DNA from: Nemertoderma westbladi
Lineage: Eukaryota; Animalia; Xenacoelomorpha
Direction: 5' to 3'
Assembly: GCA_032718475.1 (NCBI GenBank)
Contig: JAUCBJ010008779.1
Span: forward strand, 1 to 43,680
DNA length: 43,680 bases
The notes below the pieces were generated by a model that saw only the letters and a program-made list of their open reading frames with translations, ran no database searches and was not told the DNA's origin. The stretch's first letter is position 1; each line of letters starts with the position of its first letter. The position numbers and the translations under genes were made by a program. Positions 36,434-43,680 of the stretch are shown here, piece by piece.

Positions 36434-37228
36434 TAGGGCTCGATCGGAGTTGGGATTTGGCCGGAGCCGGAGCAGGAGCCGGAGTTGGACAATTTGGCCG
36501 GAGCCGGAGCAGGAGCCGGAGTTTTTCAAAAATTTTAAAAATTTAATTATTTATTTAAAAAAAATTAAAGTATGGTTATCGTTCGCCAATCGCTCATAAT
36601 CAATCATACTGTAGGTCTAATTAATTTCATAATTTATAGATTTACGAATTTTCAATTTAAAATTAAAGTAATTAATTTATCACGGACAGACGGCCTGACG
36701 CTGACGGCGACGGCCTGACGCTGGCGGCTAAAAATTACCACAGTACCTAACTCACGAACTGTCTAACTGTGGTAGAGGTGTGTACTGTAGGTAGCCTACC
36801 GTCAGACCGTAGGTGTACCAGTACTGCAGTACAGTATGCTGGCATGACAGCAGTAATTGGCTGCAGTGGTACAGTCTGACAGTGTACAATCCATCATCCA
36901 TAGCATTTACAATTTTTTAAAGTAGGGCCTATCTGTAACAGTCTGCTAGTCAGCCAACTGCTGAACTGGCCAGTACCAGTACTGCAGTACAGTCAGTCAG
37001 TCATTGACTTTAAGTAAATACTGCAGTATTATCAGATTATACTTGATATTGAATCTGTACTACAGTACTTATAGTGTTAAATAATAGTTCAAATTAGAAT
37101 ATGAACGAAATATAATACTTTATTAAAAAATTAACTCCGGCAATATTTTTACCGGAGCCGGAGCAGGAGCCGGAGGTGCCAAAATGGCCGGAGCCGGAGC
37201 CGGAGGCCGGAGCTCCGATCGAGCCCTA
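36434..37228 (-). mobile_element. hAT-N1 copy, opposite orientation
   Basis: TIR tagggctcgatcggag / ctccgatcgagcccta; 8-bp TSD ctaatatg (36426-36433, 37229-37236). Confidence 0.9.
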
Positions 37229-37694
37229 CTAATATGGCAGTGCATTTTGCAAAGTCTGCACTGCCTGTTTGGACACGTGTTCCTTACTGGCTGTACGCGC
37301 ACTTTATCAGTTTATGACTTTTTATCTTTTGCAAAGATTACTGCGCACAACGCGCACTTTTGTTGTCTTTCACATAATTTCGCGCACTTTTATTTCAATT
37401 TCGCGCGATTTTACCGCGCACTATTTCAAATACGCGCACAACGCGTTGCGATTTTTGCACTTCATTTGCAGCCTGGTATACCTGTATACAGATATACAGT
37501 AGGTATATAGCCTACCAGTCAGTATACAGACAGATATCTGGATATAGACAGACAGACAGATAGGCTGCACTGGATGTGGATAGGCTTAGAATCTGCAATC
37601 ACAGTTGTTTGTAGACGTGCGTATCGTTTATAGCTAATTTCAGAATTTTGTTGATTAATTTTGTTGTTTTGCGCTGCGGTCTGCTCGTCTCGTC

Positions 37695-40535
37695 ATGGAA
37701 AACGATAACTATGACTATAATATGTTGGAACCTCCTCTTCGATTCACTTGCGACATTTGCGATAAAGTTTTCAGAAAAGTAAAAACCCTGAAGAACCACA
37801 AGAGTGTTTCTCATGAAGGCTTGGGAGTGATTTCCTGCGAACCTTGTAATAAATTCTTTACGAACCCGCTGAGTTTAAAATACCATTTGGAGAGTTCCAT
37901 TCACACGGGGTTCCGATACGAATGTAAGAAATGCGACAAAGATTTCAGTCGACCTCATCAGCTAACTCGTCATGTCCAATACAAACACGGCAAACGCGGA
38001 CTCGACAAATGGCAGTGCCAAGTTTGCCATCAATCCTTCATGTCTCTGAGGGGTCTACGAATCCACGTCGATGTCCACGGGGGTTTGGGTGTGCGTCCCG
38101 AGGACGACATCCACATTCCGTGCACCCGGAAGGTGGTGAAACAACGCGCCCGGAAGGTTCGTCCGGAGGGCTTCCGGCCCGTCGCAACAACGAGCACGGC
38201 GAGCGACAACCAATCGCCGAGTCGCCAAGCGACGCGGAATAAACGCGTTAAAGTCAAGTGGAGCGACGGCGAAGACGCTATAAATATACTCAATCAGTGT
38301 TTCGATGCTCCTAAATCTTCGGCCACCGGCAAGGCGAAGCCAATAACTGTCGTAGAAACCCAAGCCGCGGCTTCATCAAGTAAACGAAAATTCATTGGAT
38401 TCACTGATGCGGAAATTAGCGGAAGTATTAAACGAATGGGGAGATTAAGTAAAGGATTAAAGCCAAGTTTACAAGGACGGAAAAGCAATTTACGAAAGCA
38501 GCGGAACCAATTACCTACCCCTGGTGATTCCGGTACACCCGGGACCAAGGTGATTAATAATAAGAAAAGGGGAAATAATGTGAATTGTCCTCTTACCTCT
38601 TACTTTATAAATAAATTGGATAAAAGCACAAAACGGGGAAGGGGGCGTCCCAGGAAGTCCCCCGAAGATGATGTTTGTGCGGACGTCAACGTAGGGAAGT
38701 GCCCCTCGAAGAGAATAGAAGAAGCTGGCGGAACGGAACTGTTGTCAACTGAAGAAACACACGAGACGAAAACCCGTCGGTTGAATGATTCCCCGATAGA
38801 GGACTCCCCTCATCATCGCGATATGAGTCCCGTTCCCTCTTCCGAGTTGGTCTCCAGTTCCGAGGTCAACAACCTCATCTACATGGCGGACGCGGATGTC
38901 GGCGGCATCCAGTACGAGGATGACCCGGTGGTCAGCGCGGCTTCCAAGTGGGACTTCGAGGTGAACAACTTCGGTTCCCAGGGGGACAACAGTTCGGACG
39001 AGGAGCCGGCGGGACAGCTGGTCGGGGAGAACATCCTGGACGATGTCCCGATGCGGGACTACATCTCGGAGTCGGACGAGCCGCTCGCTGTAGACGACAC
39101 CTCCGGTGGTACCCGTGTCGCTGCGGAATCCGATAAAGTCGCACCGAAACCCGGTCCCAAGAAGGTGAAGGAGATCGATATGTTCAAATCGATTCGCGAC
39201 GAGGAGAAACTGGCGGAGTTGAAGAGGGAAAAGGTGGTCAAGTCAACGAAGGACGTCGTTAGCGATAAATCGAAGTTGATAAAGAAAGTTAATAGCCTCG
39301 TTCCGATACCGGCCAAGGAAATCCTGATTGCTGAACCGAAACCGGTAAAGGATGCCGAAACGTTGAGTTCATCGCTGCCTGTCATTGTTAAACCAACCGA
39401 TATTGAAGATATTGCTGGTAATAAAGCTGTAGAAGTTGAAGGGATGCCCAATGATAAACCTAATATAGATATGGATGGTGGTGAAGACGTAAATAACACG
39501 AAGCACGTTAATAAAATGGGTAATGATAAAATTATGGACAATAAAGATGTAGCTGGTACCGGTTATAAACAAATGGAAGGTACCAAGAAAGTGAAAAAAG
39601 AGATGAGATGTAAATCTTTTGACAATAAGAAGAAGAGCCCTGATAGCAAACCAATTAATATTAAGAAGACTAGCGATAAACCAATGCCGGTTGATAAAAA
39701 GAAGAAAGAGTCAACGGAATTTTCGAAAAAAACTGTTGATAAACCAAAAAAAGTCAAGAAGACAAATAATAATAAACCACAAAACGCTAAGAAGATAAAA
39801 GATAATAAGAAAATCGATGTTAAGGATTCCGATCACCGAATTGCCACTGGCGGTGCCGTTAATACCGACATTAAAACGAAACCGTCAAACGCGGATCACG
39901 TCGCGAGGCAGAACAGAATAACCGACACTCTCAAGCGACGGTTGAGTGCGGTTATCGACGATGCGGGACCCAAGCGTAAGAAACCTGAGGTTAAGAGCGC
40001 GCCGTCCCGGAAAGCCGAGGATAGACTCGGGGTTATTGACAGCGAGGAAGAGTCCTCGACAGACCCCGAGGATGAGGACGCGGAGTCGACGACCCACAAG
40101 AAGACTCTCTCGTGCGAGTCCTGCGCGGTCTCGTTCTCCGGACAGGCGAGTCTCAACCGGCACATGGAGAGCGTCCATCAGGGGATACGGTACCGCTGCA
40201 GTAAATGCGGGAAATCTTACGCGCGTCGGATAAACGCTATGGAACACATGAAGATGGCGCATCCCGCGCCCGGTCACCAGCACATGTGCGAGTTCTGCGG
40301 CAACGTGTTCCTAAACGACGCATTCCTCGCGCGCCACATGCAACTCAGCCACATCTGCGCCACGTGCGGTAAGTGTCTAAAGAGCGATATCACACTCCGA
40401 CGTCACATTGCGAGCGCCCATCAGGACAATAAGTTCCCGTGTCAACATTGCAATAAGGTGTTTACAAAAAGCCGCAATCGGATAAAACACGTACGAGAAT
40501 CCCATCCGACAACGTTGAAAAAGCTCCGATCTTAG
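37695..40535 (+). CDS. C2H2 zinc-finger protein (4 N-terminal + 5 C-terminal fingers) with AT-hook and long Lys-rich/acidic linker
   Basis: 946-aa ORF; CxxC..H..H repeats (e.g. CDICDKVFRKVKTLKNHKSVSH, CQHCNKVFTKSRNRIKHVRESH); KRGRGRPRK AT-hook; possible upstream acceptor taatttcag at ~37643. Confidence 0.9.
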   Translation: MENDNYDYNMLEPPLRFTCDICDKVFRKVKTLKNHKSVSHEGLGVISCEPCNKFFTNPLSLKYHLESSIHTGFRYECKKCDKDFSRPHQLTRHVQYKHGKRGLDKWQCQVCHQSFMSLRGLRIHVDVHGGLGVRPEDDIHIPCTRKVVKQRARKVRPEGFRPVATTSTASDNQSPSRQATRNKRVKVKWSDGEDAINILNQCFDAPKSSATGKAKPITVVETQAAASSSKRKFIGFTDAEISGSIKRMGRLSKGLKPSLQGRKSNLRKQRNQLPTPGDSGTPGTKVINNKKRGNNVNCPLTSYFINKLDKSTKRGRGRPRKSPEDDVCADVNVGKCPSKRIEEAGGTELLSTEETHETKTRRLNDSPIEDSPHHRDMSPVPSSELVSSSEVNNLIYMADADVGGIQYEDDPVVSAASKWDFEVNNFGSQGDNSSDEEPAGQLVGENILDDVPMRDYISESDEPLAVDDTSGGTRVAAESDKVAPKPGPKKVKEIDMFKSIRDEEKLAELKREKVVKSTKDVVSDKSKLIKKVNSLVPIPAKEILIAEPKPVKDAETLSSSLPVIVKPTDIEDIAGNKAVEVEGMPNDKPNIDMDGGEDVNNTKHVNKMGNDKIMDNKDVAGTGYKQMEGTKKVKKEMRCKSFDNKKKSPDSKPINIKKTSDKPMPVDKKKKESTEFSKKTVDKPKKVKKTNNNKPQNAKKIKDNKKIDVKDSDHRIATGGAVNTDIKTKPSNADHVARQNRITDTLKRRLSAVIDDAGPKRKKPEVKSAPSRKAEDRLGVIDSEEESSTDPEDEDAESTTHKKTLSCESCAVSFSGQASLNRHMESVHQGIRYRCSKCGKSYARRINAMEHMKMAHPAPGHQHMCEFCGNVFLNDAFLARHMQLSHICATCGKCLKSDITLRRHIASAHQDNKFPCQHCNKVFTKSRNRIKHVRESHPTTLKKLRS

Positions 40536-42909
40536 TTACATTTCATCGCTATTTACTTTGATGTTTTCTATTTACACCCAGGAAATCCTCCCAACTTATA
40601 TAACAATCTTAAGGAATACATGTTATAACATTTTTTTTTAAAAAGATAATGCAATACGTTTTTAATCGTTATAGACAGTGCGCACTGTATGCTCTTAGCA
40701 TATTAACATACGGTATATTTTGTTGACAATTGATTAAGTTTCTGGGATATATACCCGAATCCAATATTATCTATACTATACTATTCTATGCTACGGTAAC
40801 AGTTTTTTTTTAGAAATATTTCACTATCTCAATAACACGGACTGATTCAATTATAGTATTTTTCGCCACATTTGCTGGTATTTGTCTACCAGTCTTGTAT
40901 AATAATGTTGTTATAAAAAATACGGATCCATGGTGTTCATTATCACAGTTCACGTTATTAATATTTATTTTGCTTTCGTTCTCTGCCTTTGCGTACCGGT
41001 ACACATATTGTTCAATTTTGTATTTCCCTCTTGTTATCAGTTTGAAATCAGTTTTTGGTTTAAACTCTAATAAGTTTAAGAAAGTAAGTTGAGACAATAT
41101 TCTAGTTCTAGAATGTTATTTATTTAAAATATTAAAATATTATTTCTTACTGTCAAAGTTATGGATCATTTTGTTTAACCTTCAACAAATGTAATTTCGT
41201 ACCTGGTGGAAAAAGTTGTGTTTAAATTTATAAAGATAGGACTTTTTTTTACGGTACTACTTTAATTTACCCGAAATGTAATGCGAGTGTTGGACTTTTC
41301 ACGATTTAGAGGTTTTAACATGCCATTGAGTGCTTAACTTTTACTGTGGGGAGATTATCTGGAACTAGTCAGTTATCGAATAGAATACACTGAAAAGAAG
41401 TATGAGTTTATGTATTAACCTTTGAATACTTTGAACTTATCGCGTTAATAACTGGTAATTATTTTTTAGTTTTTTTTGTTGAAAAATGGTAAAATAATAT
41501 ATATGATATGCGAGATTATTGCGAGAAATAAACGCATTTAGTAGCGACTGTAATATTTCTGCTGACCTGAAAATTTGAACTCAAAAAATATAATTATTCA
41601 TCCCGCAAAACATATGTTTTTTGGCGGGTTCATTGAGTTTCGAAAATATTTCTATCCCCGAAACTAGTGAAAATAGGCCAACTCTATTTCATGGTTTTCT
41701 ATGTATTAATTTTAATTTAAGTGAAAGGAACATGATTTTCGCCACTATTTAACAGTTATCATTTGCAAATTGATGTGTAACACCTTTGCGAGCACATGTA
41801 AATGCTTGTGAATTAGCCGCGCTTTAAAGCATTAGTAAGTTCGTGGGGTTCTATTTCAACCAACATCGGTTCGGTATCCACCAGCTTTTATTAATTTGCA
41901 GTTGTTGACATGCCACCAATGCGATCCGGAACTACAGTAGTTCTATATAACTTATACTAGAACTGCAGTAGTTCTAGTTCACTGTGCAGGGCACAATAAA
42001 AGGTGTCATTGTCTCCTTAGTTTGTGAAAACATTTAACTTTGTTTTTTGGTTTCATTTAGTTTGAAATGTAGACTTACAAATGGAAAGCCAAATAATAGT
42101 CAATATTTTTGATATTAATTTCATTGTTCATTTTAAGATAATAAAGCATTATTTAATTTAGAAAATACATAGTCTTTACGATCGTTCGTGATATTAGATC
42201 GATGTAGATCGATATTTCTGTATAATATATGTTAATTACGTTGATTTATTTAGAGTTTGTTTGTATGAGTTATGTATAGGATTAATAAATTATCACTAGC
42301 TTAATATCCCCTTTTTTATCATTGATATAGTGTCTCCTAATTAATTATTACAATGTCCTTGATACAACAATACCAACGGAATACAAGCGATACTAAAGCT
42401 ATAATGTCAACATTCTAGAACATGTTGTTTATTCGATAAGTAGCTGGGCAACAATACAATCCCCCCTTAATCCCTACTCTTATGTAGCTATTCATTCATG
42501 AACCAAATGTTCTAGATGGTATATTTATTGTATACATGGCCTGCAGTGGAACCAAAGACTTGCAATTTACGAACGCTCACATCTGAGTTATTTAGCCACA
42601 ATCATACGTTTTTACATTATTTGGTTGCAATCCTTGCATGTCCATCTTTCCATCAGGCCCAACCATTTAGTATTATGAGATTGAATAATAATTTCGTTGT
42701 AAGCGCTGTAATTTCGAAAGAAACACTTTTTAAAAAAGCATCAAGCTAAAGATTGAAAGTGAAAATAAAAATCATCCAGCAAATCACCCAGAAAGAATTT
42801 GGGATGTAAATCTACATCTGTTTCCAATTTCATGTGATCTCATTAAGATATGTACTTGTACTAGAAAGCCAGTAAGCTGGCTTTAAACCAAGGTGCACTA
42901 AATAACAAT

Positions 42910-43142
42910 CCAAAGGCGGGGTAGCTCAGTTGGTTGAGCGCCGGGCCTGCAATCTATTGGTTGTAGGTTCAGCCCCGCCAGGGTCCACTCATCCTTTCAT
43001 CCACTGGGGTCGATAAAATGAGTACCAGTTAAATAACTGGTAGCAAATCATGGAATAGGAGTAACGCCCACCCCTACCCTCGGGTAGCAGCTATCGAAAG
43101 ATGAGCCTTCGGGTCGCCTCCGGCTTCGGCCGACTGTTTGCT
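42910..43142 (+). mobile_element. tRNA-derived SINE with conserved central domain and LINE-like tail
   Basis: Head ggcggggtagctcagttggttgagcg (A box)..gtaggttcagcccc (degenerate B box); central ccactcatcctttcatccactggggtcgataaaatgagtaccag; 16-bp TSD tgcactaaataacaat (42894-42909, 43143-43158). Confidence 0.85.
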
Positions 43143-43680
43143 TGCACTAAATAACAATTATTTAGTACACCTTGCTTTAAACGAACCAACCCCTCAAACC
43201 AGTACCCTGAGTGAGTGAAAATTAAAACACGAAAATTGCCATAGATTCAATGATAAAAACACCAGCTGCTAGTGCTCATGAGGGCCTAGTAAGCTACTAT
43301 TATGGATTTAATGGATAGGCCCAAATTGCAGAGAAGTATATTACTTGAGTTTCTAATGTAAATGTATTACGCCGTCTGCTGAATAGCCCTTCCCAGTGAA
43401 TCCTATGTATGTATAAGGTTACTACTACTCACTGCTCAGGTCAGCTGATTGAATCCTGAGTACTGGGTCGTTCAAATGTTTTATAGGTTAATAATAATGA
43501 ATGGAGATAGACCCAACTACTGTACACTACGTTTGTCTATATGAGCGGTCTTCTTAATAGGCAGCTTTGCTTTTCTAGTTAAATCATTTTATTCTGCAAC
43601 CAATAATTTACTCTTAGACAAATTTGTGCGTTCTTTTAGCCGGACTAACAAATTTTGGCGACGTTATGAAATTGGCGATG

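Noticed and set aside
37931-40283. Short alternative-frame and antisense ORFs in the zinc-finger gene
   Set aside because: Shadow ORFs of GC-rich coding sequence with no recognisable motifs.
40810-41097. 95-aa minus-strand ORF
   Set aside because: No recognisable domain or supported splice structure; could be an exon but cannot be supported from the sequence alone.
42915-42980. tRNA gene
   Set aside because: Degenerate T arm, followed by a SINE body and flanked by a 16-bp TSD.

Overview
AT-rich eukaryotic DNA, probably from an invertebrate animal; nothing here looks prokaryotic. Positions 1-37.2 kb are a deeply nested pile of cut-and-paste DNA transposons, most resolvable by TIR plus target-site duplication (TSD). 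They include non-autonomous hAT-like elements (TAG..CTA, 8-bp TSD) and MULE-like elements (9-bp TSD). A Sola2-like foldback (GGG..CCC, 4-bp TSD, ~1.2-kb arms) has been stretched to 21 kb by insertions. An apparently intact 4.6-kb Sola2-type transposon (20947-25555) carries a two-exon ~786-aa DDD transposase. There is also a split CR1-type LINE fragment and an inverted Penelope-like remnant with minimal hammerhead ribozymes. The most unusual signal is a set of elements with pogo/Tc1-like CAGT..ACTG termini but variable 5-bp TSDs. It comes with many N5-CAG/CTG-N5 8-bp insertions between paralogous copies that look like their excision footprints, and a PHD-finger remnant inside one element. The right part holds a 946-aa C2H2 zinc-finger/AT-hook ORF (37695-40535) and a tRNA-derived SINE. 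Superfamily names rest on termini, TSD length and recalled motifs; no database search was run.
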